Source: Camelus dromedarius
Taxonomy: Eukaryota
Direction: 5' to 3'
Length of the DNA stretch: 64,000 bases
NCBI RefSeq assembly: GCF_036321535.1
Contig: NC_087437.1
Coordinates: 37,884,001-37,948,000, forward strand
Shown here: in pieces, positions 26,019 through 39,150 of the stretch
Position numbering within the stretch: the stretch's first letter is position 1
Layout: each line of letters opens with the position of its first letter
The notes under the pieces: model-generated
What the model saw: the letters and a program-made list of their open reading frames with translations, nothing else
What the model was told of the DNA's origin: nothing
The model's database searches: none
Program-made: the position numbers and the translations under genes

Positions 26019-26574
26019 TGTTACCTAGTCCAAGCTCGTACTGCTTGCTGCACAACAGGCTGATAAATCAAAACACAGATGAGGCGTTGAGGCAAAGAAC
26101 AGCAACTTTATTCAGAAAGCTAGCAAACCAAGAAGATGACTAGTATCTCAAAGAATTATCTTATCCAAGTTAGAATTCAGGCTCCTTTTATACTAAAAGG
26201 GGAGAGGGTATGGCTGATTGTTGCAAACTTCTTGGTTCTGTTTCAGACCCTGGAGGGAATGTCATAATTCTTAGTTCTTACAGCTGTCCATGAAGGTCTG
26301 GTCACAATGTTCCTGTAAACCTTCAACAAGACAAGTGTTATTCTCTGTTCTACAACTTTTTATCTCTATGTGAATGAAAAGTGTTATACCTTTAAAGGTC
26401 AAGACTGGCAGGCAGAGCCTTGAGAAAAGGTTATGATGTATATTTCAGGCTATAGGCAACATTCCTTTACAAAGGTGCAGAGCCAGCATGACAAAGTACA
26501 GGCAACTGAGAACAAAGTTTAGAGCTTAAAGGAATAGATCCAACATGGAGTCAGGTTTGTCCTTCCCTGTTACA
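26019..26574 (-). mobile_element. ERV1 solo LTR with 4-bp TSD (TTAC)
   Basis: TGTTAC...GTTACA termini; TTAC at 26015-26018 and 26575-26578; AATAAA on the - strand (CTTTATT near 26107). Confidence 0.85.
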
Positions 26575-27321
26575 TTACCTCTTCTAAAAATATTTTTTCT
26601 TCTTATCTGGTAAGAGACATTTATGACCTATTAAATCTAGATTTAGAAACAGCAACAGGCCTAAAACCAGTTCTTTTCTTGAAGAAAGGGAAAGTTTAAT
26701 ATTTAAAATTTCTTTAGAAGTGAGAAGAAATTTTATGTTCCATTCTTTTAATATAGCAAAGAAAAAATGTTATATTTTCATATTAAAACAGTTTGAAACA
26801 TTTAGCCACAATTATAAGTTATAATTTTTGGAAGTTATCATTTTGCCATTATAAATTAAGAGTTTTTAAAGAAATGTGATAGAAGTTTAATTTTTTAACA
26901 TAAAAATACACCTATATTATATAAAAATATTTATATAATAAAAATTCACTAATCTAAAGGAAGAATTTGTTAGGAAAATTTGTCTTACTGTAACTAAGCT
27001 TTGGCAAGCTAGACTTAGATGAAGTCCTAAATATTTAGAACAGAAATGACTTTAGAAATTATCAGGTCCTTCCAAAGCACTTTACAGTTCAAAAAACTAT
27101 TTAGATTAATGATTTATCTAAGTATGTAATTACAAATATTAAATTTCTGATCATTAGTTTCAAGTATATAACAATTATATGTTTATTGTTTTATTTATTA
27201 ACTTATTGTATTTTTTTCTGTAAATTGCCTACTCAGGATGGCATCACTTCTTAAAAGTGTACATTGCGTATAATGACAAAACTTCAGTATTCTAGAAATT
27301 GTTTCCTCCATTATTTTTCAG

Positions 27322-27452
27322 GAACTCATCCAACAGTCACAACATTTATGAGAAAGAAACACGCAAACTCTGTATCTAGACAAAGCAGGAGGAGCTAACA
27401 CTCAAAACCCAAATGGATGGAAAGAATGTTCACAGCAGTGAATATTTCTCAG
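27322..27452 (+). pseudogene. Candidate decayed small exon of the FSIP2-like relic
   Basis: Strong acceptor tttcctccattatttttcag| and donor CAG|GTAAGG. One frame reads NSSNSHNIYEKETRKLCI*TKQEELTLKTQMDGKNVHSSEYFS, loosely like FSIP2 NSSNNFTKK...KRDGMVSKNSS. Stops occur in all frames. Confidence 0.4.
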
Positions 27453-28399
27453 GTAAGGCATACAGGTGGAAGTAAATAAAAGATATATACAACAGATAAT
27501 GCCATCCCTGCATCTCAGGAAATCCAGCAAAAATTACTCTTTGAAGATAAAGCAAAATATTTAAGGTAGGATAAAAAACTAAATATTTGCACTGCAACAA
27601 TAGCATCAAGAAGAAATTGTCTAAAAGCAGAGGAGACAGGATGAAATGAGACATTACATATACAACTATAATCATAGAAGACAGTTTGCTCTGTGAGAAT
27701 GGAAGAAAAAAATCCTTGCATGAAGGGGTGAGAGAAAGAACTATATACTGTCACCTGTTATCACTGACAAAGAGTGAAAGCTCAAAAAACTCAAATTCAA
27801 AATCCTTCATCATAGGAAAATCTCCATTTAGCCTCAAACTCCTTCCTACACTGCTGACATATGAACTTTCTGCAAAAAAGGAGTCTAGAAAAATAAGTGG
27901 GGTTGGGGATAAGAATTAAATGAACAATGATATAACAATATTTATTATAAGATAGTGTCACCACTGGACAAAAGCAAAGCATATTATACCTAAATATTTC
28001 TGCTTGGATTTTAATAGTTAAAAATTATTCCCACTCATTAATAGTCAACGTACCTTCTGAACTTTCCTTACTGAAGGTAATATAACATTTGGACGGAAAA
28101 AAAAATCAAACAAATAAAGATCTTCCTAGAAGTACCGGAGAGGTAACAAGAATAAAGAAAAGCTGGGCCATTCTTCTGGGGAAGGATGGTGTTCCAGGGA
28201 TGTGTGCACTGTATTCAGAGTCCCTTTTCTCTAAAAGCCATTTGTTGATTCCAGATATCGTGGCTGAGATGCTGAAGAGCACACTGGAACGGCTTTTTGC
28301 AGCTACAGGGGCAGAACAAGGACTCTAGCACATATCAAGAGGGATGCCAGGTGAACAATCCTTACTCTGTGCATAAACCCCCAAGGGATCTAATTTAGT

Positions 28400-30060
28400 G
28401 GTGGTAAAGAAAATTCACTGAAGATTACATTCCAATTTTAAATCATCTCAATCCCAGAAATTCCATTATAATAATCCTAAATTGATAGTGACCCAAGCAC
28501 TTGGCAGAAAATATATCTCTTTAGAGAAATTTTACTTCATCGTAGGTGTCAAGTTTTTCATTCAAACATTTTTGCAGGTGCAACACTGAGTACCCAATAA
28601 AAACAATTAGATAAACATGGAGGTAAAACATGAACAAGATCAGCAGAAACAACTGAAAATAAGAGATCTACAAATAATGGAGTTATCAGTGGCAGACACT
28701 AAAAAACATAAGTAATAATACTAGCAGAGAACTGAGAATTATTTTTTAAAAAGAACATAATTGAAATTCTAGAGCCAATAAATATAATAAAGGAAATTAA
28801 GGTTTAAAAATTAAGGTTTAAAATTAACACATAGGTTTAAAAAATTAGACGCAGCTAAGGAAAAAATAGTAAGCTAAAAATTAGGTTAAAAGAAAATACC
28901 TAGAATAGATGACAAAGAAACACATGATTAAAATATAGAACAAGAGAGACTAAAATATAAAGAGAATACAGTGAGAATTATAAAAGGAGAAGAGAAAAAG
29001 AATGAGCCAAAGCAAGATTTGAAGTTATTTATTTGAGAATTGAAATATATATATACCAAGCCAAAAATAAGTACCTGTCAAGTTCCAAGTAGAGTAAATT
29101 TTTAAAAATTCAGATAAATGTAAAAAATATATATATATACATACAAGTGATTGGGTTTATTACAGAAAAGAAGGTGAGTTTTAATATTTAAATGCCAGCT
29201 AATGTTATTTATCATATTAACAAAATATATGAAGACATCTGTTCTTCATTCAGGAAAATTCTTTAACAAAATTCAATATTCATTCAAGATAAAAAACTTA
29301 CCAAACAAGGAGTGAATGATTATTATTCTGATAAAATAGATATAAAGCAGTCTTAAGTGTGAAATGCTGAAAGCTTTCTTTGAGATAGGAATCAAGACAA
29401 GGCTACCTCCACTTATCCTCTATGTGTCACTATTCTAAGGATCCTTACCTGTGCAGTAAGGCAAAGAAAATACTAGCTTAAGTAATTGGAAATAAAGACT
29501 GTCACCATTTGAGATGACAGATTCTTACATGGGGAATAAAAGCAAAGGTAAACTATTAGAAATAAATTAATTGTTAAGTTTCTTTAATACAAGGTCAATA
29601 TACCAAAAAAAAAAAAAAAGAATTTCTATATATCAGCTTTTATGGACTGAATTATGTTGCCCTTAAGTTCTTGTGTTGAAGCCCCAAATCCCAATGTGGA
29701 TATATTTGGAAATGAGCCCTTTAAAGAGGTAATGTAAGTTTAAATGTGGTCATTAGGATGGAAACCTAATCCAATATGACTGATGTCCTTATAAGAAGGG
29801 GGACAGACACCAGGGATGCACACACAGAGGAAAGGCCATGTGAGGACCAGGAGAGAAGGCAGCCGTTTCACAGCAAAGGAGAGAGGCCTCAGGGGAAACC
29901 AAAACAGCCAATATCTGGATCTTTGTTATTTAATTCACTCAGTCTGTGATATTTTGTTAGGTAGCCAAACTAATACATCAGCCAAAAAATTAGAATATGG
30001 CATTTTAAAAATGACTTATAATTTATAATTGTATTAGAAAAAAATTGAAAATCTAGTAGT
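28400..30060 (+). mobile_element. Old L1 fragments
   Basis: L1 ORF1/ORF2-like A-rich sequence (TTGAAATTCTAGAGC, AAAATTCAATATTCATTC, AATACAAGGTCAATATACC). Confidence 0.7.
29638..29977 (+). mobile_element. MLT1A-like solo LTR nested in L1, TSD TCAGC
   Basis: TATGGACTGAATT...TGTGTTGAAGCCC..., ends AACTAATACA; TCAGC on both flanks. Confidence 0.9.
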
Positions 30061-30726
30061 ATTAGAAAATTTTTTGAAAATAATTTCAGTATCTGCTATG
30101 AAAACTTCTCTTAGAGAATTTTCTTCCAGAAACAGACCCAGAGGGAAGAATATATATCAGGAATCATATGCAAAAAAAAAAACTATTAAACTGTATTGCC
30201 ATTTTGGAAGAGAATTTAATACATGGGACTTAGGAGTACAAGGGAGAATTTCTCTGCATACCTCATTTTTCATGCTTTTTACATTTTTAATTATATGAAT
30301 GTGTTATTTTTTCAGAAACTTAACTTTGGTAATTTGATTCTTTTAAATAAAATTGAAGTAAAATTGATTTAAAGGAATTCTTTTATAATATAAAAGTTGT
30401 CAGTCTTTCTGCAACAATGATTTAATGAAACAAAGATGAAAGAAGCCATCACCAAAGTTATTTTGCTTTCAAAAATTCTCTTCAAAGTTGCTATCAACAT
30501 TTTTCATATTGTCAGTTCCACTTAAAATATTCGATGTCATTTCATTTTCATTAATAAAAGAATCATAATTCCTTAGTTTATATCCACACGTCTCTCTATA
30601 TATGGATTTATGTTTGAATGAAGGCTGTTTGACTTCTTTGAGCTTCATTCTCAGAAGAAATACCTTTGTGATTAATCTGATACAGGACAAACTTTTAACC
30701 AAGTTTTCATTTCTATTTTGTTTTAG

Positions 30727-30842
30727 AAAAAATTTTACATGCAAGTATCATTATAGATAATATCTTTGGTATAACTTCCTCTTAAAACCAGCAGTAACAT
30801 ATGTTCGGGCATGTATTTTGGTCTGAGAACTAAATCGATAAG
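30727..30842 (+). other. Exon-like segment, possibly part of the FSIP2-like relic
   Basis: Very strong acceptor ttttcatttctattttgttttag| and donor AAG|GTAATA. The 116-nt length bridges phase 1 (27452) to phase 0 (34098), but that frame contains 3 stops. Confidence 0.3.
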
Positions 30843-31739
30843 GTAATATAGGAAAGTTAATGGTACAAAAATTCCCCAAGCTAACTTCATCATGAAATAA
30901 ATAATTATTTAATAATAAAGTATTGCTAATTTATTTCAAAACATGTTTACTGCCACTTCTAGAGATACCGGGTTGACCTATTGAATAATTATTGGTTTAG
31001 TTTGTGCTTGATGCCATAATGTATATAGCAGACACAAAGCAGATAAAACATTATTTATTCTAGACAGAAGTTTCTGGATTAAAAAGTAAACAATGGTTTT
31101 AATACTGTAAGTGTTTGATGGATACATAAACTGAGCTATGTGATTGTGAAAGACCAGGGATGGGAGGTTTAATTAGTTATATTATTCTGAAACAACAGAA
31201 ATGATTTCCAAAGAGAAACAATGCTTGATATTATACTTGAAGTCTGGATGAGATTTTTGCACTTCCTTCACCCCAAAAGACTTCCTTTCTAGATGATTTC
31301 CTTATTGCTGTTAAAATGTGTTTCTCATTACATCTGTTACATTTCTAATCATACCTGATACTGTGATAAAACTGAGCATTTCTCATACAAATCTCTCTCA
31401 ATATTAATTTTCATTCTAGTCTTTTCTGATAGCCATAAATTATCTTACATTTTCTTCCTTTTGCTTTAAAATGTTACCCTTTTATATAATGTCTTCTGTT
31501 CAGAATTTTTCTCCAACAACTCTTAAATCAGTAACATACAGACCATTGAATATAATATGTATTCTTATATGAATGCCACAAAGACATCTACTAAGCCATA
31601 TTGGCTTTTTCCTTTTCGTTTATGGAGAAATTTTTGAACATATGCAAAAATAGTGGAAATAGTGTAATGAAACCTCGTGAACACAGCTCCATCCCCAAAC
31701 CATCAACATCTGGCTAATTCTGCCTCATACAGACACCAT

Positions 31740-32800
31740 TCAGATTTGAATAAATGAAAAGATATTCATGCTTGTGAATGTTAAGACTCAATATTAAAAA
31801 TGTCAAATTTCCCCAAGTTAAAATATAATGATAATATAACTATAATCAAAATCCCAATAGCCTTTGGGTGTAGGAATCTTAATAAATTAATTCTAAAATT
31901 CTGAAAAAAAATGAAAGTTTAGATCGAGATTGCTCAAGACTCCTAAAAAAGAAAAGAATTTGAAGATGGTGGGATACTGTCACAATAAATCATTGCATAT
32001 GATTATTTCCCCCCTTGGTAAACATTGCCAGTTGTTTTCCAATTAAAAATATGGGAACTTGGTTTAAAAAAAAAATCAGTGAGGAAATAATTGCATTAAA
32101 TAAACTACTTGAAGCAATTACTTTCTGGAGAAAAAAAAATAGACTCCTATCTCATATTAGACATTAAAAAATTCCATTTGGGATCAACATCAAAATGATA
32201 TACAGATACTTGCTAGTATTTAAATAACATATTTATCTTACGAAATTCAGGATAAAAATGATATCTAGGCAAGATATAAAGCAAATCATAAGGAAATGAT
32301 TACTATATTTAATTATATAAAATATTAAACATCTTACAACAAACTATCACATATGTAAATGTGAATAAATGGAAAGATTATTTTCCACAGATCTAATAGA
32401 GAAAATATTAATGTCAATAAGATTTACAGAATATTTACAAATCAATAATAAAAAATACTCAGTAAAGAAATCGGCAAGAATGTGTATAAGTATTTCAAAG
32501 AAGATAAAATACAAATGTCTAGTAAACATATGAAGAGCTGTTTAACCCAACTAGTAATAAGAGATGCAAATTAAAACAGCTTGATACACTTTTACACCCA
32601 TCATATGGGCAAAAAAATTAAAGCTATAACAAAATGAATTACTTACAAATATATAGAGAAGTGAGAAGTCTTAAGCACTATTGATTATAGTGTAAATCAT
32701 ACAAACAACTTTGGAACACAACTGGCAGTTTTCAACAATGTTGAAAATAAGTAAACTATACTAAGAAATTTTACTTCTTATATATGATCTACAGAAAGTT
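31740..32800 (+). mobile_element. Old L1 ORF2/3' fragments
   Basis: GATTTGAATAAATGAAAAGAT..AAGACTCAATATT..AATGTCAA, AAACATATGAAGAG, ATGCAAATTAAAACA. Confidence 0.8.
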
Positions 32801-34097
32801 TATACTTGTGTATAGAAAGAATAAAGGTATAATAGTATTCTTTCCTGCTTTTTCAGTATTCCATGAGCTCAGGTGGTTCTCAAATATCACAAAGATTTTG
32901 ATAGACTCAAGATTACTGCTACCTGTATCTAAATTTAAAACTCTATGGGCTCAGATGCATTGCCAGTCTATGGTGTGTGTATCTTTAAAATTTATGGTGT
33001 ATGCATCTTTTAAAAATTTAGAGCTATTGTTGGCTTTGAAAAGCATGAATTTACAGTGCTATTTTTAATGGAAATTAAAGCAATCAAATTTCACTTAATT
33101 TTAATGGAATAAGCACTCTTTAAAAAATATTTGATCTTTAGAAAAGAACAAATCACCTTGTCAGATAGTAGGACTTGTAACTGATACTGTTCATGCAGAG
33201 ATGATAGGAAATATGATGGAAATTTTCCGCTGGCTGAGTTAATAATGAGTTTGACTGCAAGTAACAGAAACCTTGATTAGTACTAATTTAAGCAGGTAGA
33301 CATTCTCTTATGTGATACTAAGGAGTTCAGAGATAGCCAGCTTGTAAGATTAAAACAGTGGGTGGACACCATGGATGACACAGTGGGGGGATTGAACAAA
33401 GTAAAGTTTGCATAAGAAAGACAAGGGGAGAGAGAACAGTGTCAAGCACAGATCTTTCTGTGTTTCCGTTACTTTTATACTTAATGCAGTCGTGATTTAT
33501 CCGCTTGACTCTTTTCCCTAGATCTTTGCAAATTTGTTGAAACAGGAACTACACATTAATTATTTTATGAACCTAGTAAATGGAACAGTGTCTTCCCCCA
33601 CAACAGAGGTTCAATAAATATTTTTAAATTAATGAATGAATTAAAGTTAAAGAAATAATTCATACATCAAATAGGTGTTCAACCAGTTGGTATCTAAATT
33701 TTCTTTCCTCTCTTTTGTTAAATTCTAGTGATACTATTTTATTTTCAAAATTATAAATAGAAGTCCAATAAAATGTTATTTTTACTAATTCTGATGTTTT
33801 TAAAAACTTCTAATCCAAAAGAACATAAGGCAAAAGAGTTTATAAACAATGAGTGAATTTTAGGGTTTTTTTTAAAGCCTTGAGTTTTCTAATCAGGACA
33901 TCACTTAAATGATTGCATATTTGGTACCACTATTTTCTTTACAAACAACCGAAAAATGTTGCCTATCACTTGTATTCTTTGGAACAGTAGATACTAGTAA
34001 CTTATGTGTAGCACATTTGTCCTTTCTTTATCAAGAAAACTGTCTGTTGCTATTACTACAAGCTATTATTTTGTAAGGGATCTCTTTTTGTTCTTAG

Positions 34098-34150
34098 CAT
34101 ACGTCAGACATAATAAATAAAAGAAGAGTAAAGATTTTAGAAGTGGAGAG
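34098..34150 (+). pseudogene. FSIP2-like relic, small exon (HTSDIINKRRVKILEVE/R)
   Basis: Acceptor tctctttttgttcttag|, donor GAG|GTACAT; single open frame, phase 0 to 2. Confidence 0.55.
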
Positions 34151-34330
34151 GTACATATATAATTATTATCAAATGGTTATTTTAAAAAGACAAATTTAGA
34201 ATTATAGCAAAAAAGATATTGAAGCTATACTGAAGAGTAGGGGAAGATGAAACCACTAAAGGATCTTTCCAAAGGTTGTTAAGTTCCTTAAAAATTACTG
34301 CAAATTTATGACTTTACTTTCTACACCCAG

Positions 34331-34388
34331 AACATCTTTGGATAACTACAGGAATATGACTAAACAAGAAGAAACGTGTTTCACTAAG
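34331..34388 (+). pseudogene. FSIP2-like relic, small exon (TSLDNYRNMTKQEETCFTK) with a broken donor
   Basis: Acceptor actttactttctacacccag|; phase 2 to 0, matching both neighbours; donor reads AAG|ATAAGT, i.e. GTAAGT with G>A. Confidence 0.5.
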
Positions 34389-34559
34389 ATAAGTTATTCC
34401 TTTGAATTATTTGATTTTTTTCTGATTATGCAACCTTTCTGCCCATTGTAGATTAAATATGAAATTGTGATTTTTTTCTATTAAAAATAATTTTCTTGGA
34501 ACAACAACAAAAAAGACTTTTTAAGATTTCTCACTGAGTTTTGTTTATATATCATATAG

Positions 34560-34629
34560 GTCTCCTCGAATGCACAGTCCATTCTTTCCAGGAAAAACAA
34601 AGGAAAAATAAATCAGAAGAGAAACAAAG
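34560..34629 (+). pseudogene. FSIP2-like relic, small exon (VSSNAQSILSRKNKGKINQKRNK)
   Basis: Acceptor ...tatatatcatatag|, donor AAG|GTAAGG; resembles FSIP2 VSKNSSIFDDRGGINISGQ. Confidence 0.55.
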
Positions 34630-35016
34630 GTAAGGCAACTGTTGACACTTGTCTCAGAGTTTAAGAGCTCTGTAGTATCAGGGGCTGTTTTGTTTACTAA
34701 GCCCTTTATAGTCTTCTCTTCCTTTAATACTATCCTCATCAACTTCATCAAACATAATTTTTTTTTTACAAACTTTGATACCAGATAACACCCTAAAAAT
34801 ACAGTAGAGATCCCAAAAGTGGGCTTCATTTCCCATGTTATTTCTATAATTGCCCCACTCACTTCAAATTTAAAAAAAAATTCTTAACATAGGTTCCTGA
34901 CATTTTCTCAAAATAAAATATGAATGAAATAGTCTTTATAAAAACTTTACCAACTAATTAATAACAGCTAGGTTACTATGCAAATGCTACTTCAAAATGA
35001 GTCACCTGGTTTTCTA

Positions 35017-35210
35017 ATGTGATTTTCAAAGTGTGACTTCTAGACCAGTAGCATAGCATCATCTGGAATCTTGTCAGAAATGCGAGGTCTTGCCTTGCCT
35101 CTCCCAAACCAACTAACCTGGAACCTCTGGGATCCCAGGCAGGGCCCAGGATTCCGTGTACATAAGCCCTCCGGATGATCCTGATGCAGGTTAAAATTTG
35201 AAAAGCACTG
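35017..35210. mobile_element. MER5A-like hAT-Charlie element
   Basis: TTTTCAAAGTGTG..AGACCAG..AGCATCATCTGGAA.CTTGT.AGAAATGC...AAGCCCTCC.GATGAT.CTGATGCA..TTTGAAAAGCACTG. Confidence 0.85.
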
Positions 35211-35320
35211 CCTCTAATGCTGCATGAGTAGAAATTTTGGAATCTCCCTAATATTAATAACATCACATAGGGAAATAACATAGTTTTGTCACTTGGAATT
35301 AATTTGTTTTTGTCTTGTAG

Positions 35321-35505
35321 GATCAATTATCTTAACCACAGTGCATTTGTGCTTAGTCTTGTAAGTCTGAAGTGAACTGAAGTAGGAACTTCAACATCAG
35401 ATGACAAAAGAAACATATTTAAAAAAAAAAAAACTGCTATGATAATAAATCCCAGGGAAGGAGACATTTAGATGGCTGATAAAATGTATGACTTTTTACT
35501 AGAAG
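35321..35505 (+). pseudogene. FSIP2-like relic exon starting GSIILTTV, with stops/frameshift
   Basis: Strong acceptor ttgtttttgtcttgtag|; phase-1 join gives GSIILTTV (FSIP2 GSIISAQV); donor AAG|GTATCA. Confidence 0.5.
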
Positions 35506-35669
35506 GTATCAGGTTAAGGGTCTTGGATAATATGGGAGTTTTTAATCATAAATTTTTAACCTTATTATTCAGTGTCCATCCTTTTCTGCCTAACTTGCCT
35601 CAATGTAAGAGAGAAGAACACTGCATAGGAACCCATGTTAATCATGGCCACTGCCCTCTGACAATTGCT

Positions 35670-37142
35670 TGATGCACTTAAAGAAAATCTGTAACCTCCT
35701 TGGAAATACTGCTTCAGAGAGGTTGAATTTAAATGTATCGATGTTTTGTTTTGCAATATGCTGCACTTACTTTCAGAAGGGTACAACAGCTTACGCTAGC
35801 CAAGGATTTGTAGAATTGTCAGTAGTTGGAAAAGTCTCAACTGATTTGAGACTTGCTGTTTTTAAATTATGTTTTGCCATAATGTTTTCATAGTTAACTT
35901 AATCCTTTTATAAATTCCTTGAGAATTTCAGAATTTACTGTCTTTAAATATTAGGGATTTTTATTTGAATATTGGATGCTGTTCTCTAATTCCTAATCAG
36001 AGGAATAATTGCAGCCAGTTCCACTGCTGTCACAGTAATGGCAATTCCACCCAATGGGACTCCTTTTAGTAAGATAAATAACTTTCAATAATAATTTCCC
36101 TCATAATTATTATCAAGTAATAAAGCACAAAAAATGATGATTACATGAAAAATGGAATACAGTTAAATTTCAGAATTAAGTAACAAAGTTGAGCCTAAAC
36201 TATGGCAATATAGTACAAAACAGGATTTCAAACACTCTTAAGACTACTATAAAAATAGTCCGTGGAAAGCACATGTGTTCCTTTGATGCATTAAAATTTA
36301 TCAAGAGTGAGTTAGGGAGAGAAGAGAGAGGAAAAGAAGCGAGATGAGAAAAAGAGGGCGATTGTATAGCAGAATTAAACTTATAATTAGGGTACTTGAA
36401 TATAGTTATCAAATGGAAAATCTAAATTATATAAAGCAATCCATTTATCAAGAAAAATACCCCAAGCTACAGTAAAGAGTCTGTTAATAAATATGCCAGT
36501 GTCATGTAGATTGTCTATATCCTGCAAGATTTGAGACAGGAAATTAAGGGCTTACAATACAAGCTTTGTGAGAATCAGAATGTCCTTTGTAGTGATTTTA
36601 CAACAGATGTTCTAAATTTATCTAGACATAGCAATGGCATTGACTGTTAATTGTCACTGAAAAGTGTAATTTCACTAAAGGAAAAGGAAAAACTGAAAAA
36701 GATAACTATGAAACGATTTTTAGAGAGGACAAGTTAACCCATACAATAAATACATTAATAAGATGATGTTACACTTATTCAAAGACTTTTTAAAAGATCA
36801 TTTGTATGCGTTCCTAACTTAAAAATAGACTTTTTGCATATGTTATGAATTTTAAAAAATCTATTTGAAACTTTAGAAGAATGTATGATACTTTAAGTAA
36901 CAACAGCAAGAAGTGTATCATGATCATACAAAAACTGCAATCCTTTATACAAAGAAGCACTCCAATTATTATTTGTTGAACAAAAGTTACAAAGATTAAG
37001 AACAATCATTTTAAAGTGCAGTTATAGCAATAAAATATCACTAAGTATCTAAATGTCTTTCCTTGAAATGAAAATATCTAACAAGGTCAAAAACATCAGA
37101 AACAGAGATCACAACCTGCTACTAGCACCAAGTACAGCTACT

Positions 37143-37182
<40 letters not shown>

Positions 37183-37250
37183 GGATAGAATCTTGTTGAA
37201 AGCATCTTTCAACATTTATTCCCTGGCAAGAATTATTTATAGCCCCAGGG
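35670..37250 (+). pseudogene. Decayed giant coding exon of an FSIP2-like gene
   Basis: One frame from 36003 to about 37140 has only scattered stops and colinear FSIP2-like blocks: ITFNNN, TKLSLNYGNIVQNRISN, SKESVNKYASVM*IVYILQDLRQEI, LIQRLFKRS...LKIDFLHML*ILKNLFETL. ORF 35669-35893 ends VFKLCFAIM (FSIP2 VFHKLYSAAM). Confidence 0.65.
37145..37182. repeat. Compound (TG)n(AG)n microsatellite
   Basis: Direct reading of the sequence. Confidence 0.95.
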
Positions 37251-37948
37251 TGTTATAAGGGTAAATATAAATCAGAAAAAAAAAAAAAATCCCTGGTACA
37301 AAATGAAAAGAGACTCCTTTCCCTGCCCCCTTTCTTTCAGAGCATTGCATTAAAAACAAAACAAAAAAAATTATAATTGTAAATTCTTTCTCTGTCCCTT
37401 GGGTATGCTGGAAATCATTTTGAAACCTAAATAAGCCTCTTGTCAGGTTTACAAACCAGAAATGTCTTTCTCAAGGACCTGGGAACATCTCTTTGCGATG
37501 TAATCATCCCTTATCTCTCAGTGCCTATGGGAATGTAGAAGCCTAGCTTCAGTGAGCTCTTGGCTCCAAAATTCCCACCTGCAATAGATATTGGGTTGTT
37601 GTTGTTTTTTTAAAATAAAACCAATTAGCTAACACAAATGGTCATCTCATTTCCAGATGAAATTAGGATGAACTATATGTGCAAGTGGTGGTGTCAATTT
37701 CCCTTACTTGAGGACTAATGATTGTTTGTTTATCTTGAGAATATGTGTGCAATGCCTGCATCTACTTGATTATATGAAAGACTGAGAGTTCTTCCTATCT
37801 TAACAATCTCTTAGAAATTGCCTGTGATGTGCCTAGCATCTGCTTCAATGCTTATTCAATAATAAAATTGTTTTCTTTCTTTTCTATATTTGTTGAACCT
37901 TTATCTGGGTTGGAAGGAAATTTTGTTTTTAGTTACATTTCCTTAACA
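37251..37948 (+). mobile_element. ERV1 solo LTR, MER34/MER39-like
   Basis: TG...CA termini, AAATAAGCCTCTTG..AGAAATGTCTTTCTCAAGGACCTGGGA, TTAGCTAACACA.ATGGTCA, TGCTTATTCAATAATAAA, end TTTCCTTAACA. Confidence 0.85.
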
Positions 37949-38861
37949 GTGTGTAACAGAGGACTTTGACACACAAATACCTATGAATTGGCTGAAGATA
38001 TGTTAATAATACAAACAAAGCAAGTGGTCAACATTTAAAGAAAAATATTTTCTCCTACACAATAATTGTTATTTGCATGAATTTCTATAAGTATTAATCT
38101 TTATTTCTTCATTTAATACCAGTCAAATTGAATGCAGTCTCAAGGATGAGAAACAAAACAGCAACAAATTAGAGGACTTCTGTTCAGGCTAGGGGGCTTA
38201 GAGAAAAAGAAATAAAAAGTGATGGAAACGGAAATACCATTTAGATTGTGAAACAATGAGAATATGCCTAAAGGGTAATGGAAAAGTTGTTAAATAAGGT
38301 CGCAGTGGTTTAGAACCATTAGGTACAAAAGACTATTCATGGGCTGGGATTTTTAAAACTTATTGTGGAAGAAAGGAACTCATAAATGTAAAATAAGGGC
38401 TTAGGGGCCAAAGGGGAATGGGATAGTAAAATAAATAGTACAAGTAAGAATAGGATTAAGTGACTAAATTAAATAGGAACCTTTCTGAGGGCGCTGGACT
38501 TCTGTTTAAAAATGTGAAGTGTAGATGGTTGCATAGCTGAGCAGAATTATATATGGCATAAATTGTGTAATGGTTAAGATTAAATCAATAACAATTGGCA
38601 TTCAGTTGTTTATGATAACTTATTACACATTCTATTTATTTTCTTCTACTTAATATAGTGATTCAGGGCACAAAGGGAGCTCACTGTGAACAAATATAAA
38701 ATATAGAAAATGAAATATACTTCATTTTAACCAATTTTTCTTCAGTGTCTGTAGGTCAGGTGCTACAGAAGATAAAAAGACAATATAATCTCTGCCTTCA
38801 AGTACAGTACTCTGTAGAAGATAGGCGTTGATCAGCTAGGTATTCAATCACAATTTATTAA

Positions 38862-39150
38862 TTGCTTATGATAAGGAAAAAAATTATTGTGAGCTCTGGC
38901 TACCGTAGTGTAATTTTAGAAAGTTTTAATGGCAGCACAACTTTGGTTCAACTTACAATACCTTTCAGTAACAAAGGCACAGCCCCTAAGAAGAACAATC
39001 ATCAAGCAGAAACATTACAAACGAACCCTAGCTTTGAGCAAATCTACTGCTTTATAAAATCTTTTAAGATAAGTCACTTAGGGAAATGTACAGTAAAGAT
39101 TATTGAACTTTGGTACCTTAAATAAATTATTAATAAGCCAATTAATCTTA
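38862..39150 (+). pseudogene. FSIP2-like relic segment
   Basis: 87-aa ORF containing KSFKISHLGKCTVKIIEL, compared with the FSIP2 repeat KSSLRSQLSKYTAKIVNI. Confidence 0.5.

Noticed and set aside
30469..30744. 91-aa - strand ORF, considered as C1orf141- or LRRIQ3-like
   Set aside because: Only 3-4 residue coincidences, stops on both sides and no supporting splice structure; left unassigned.
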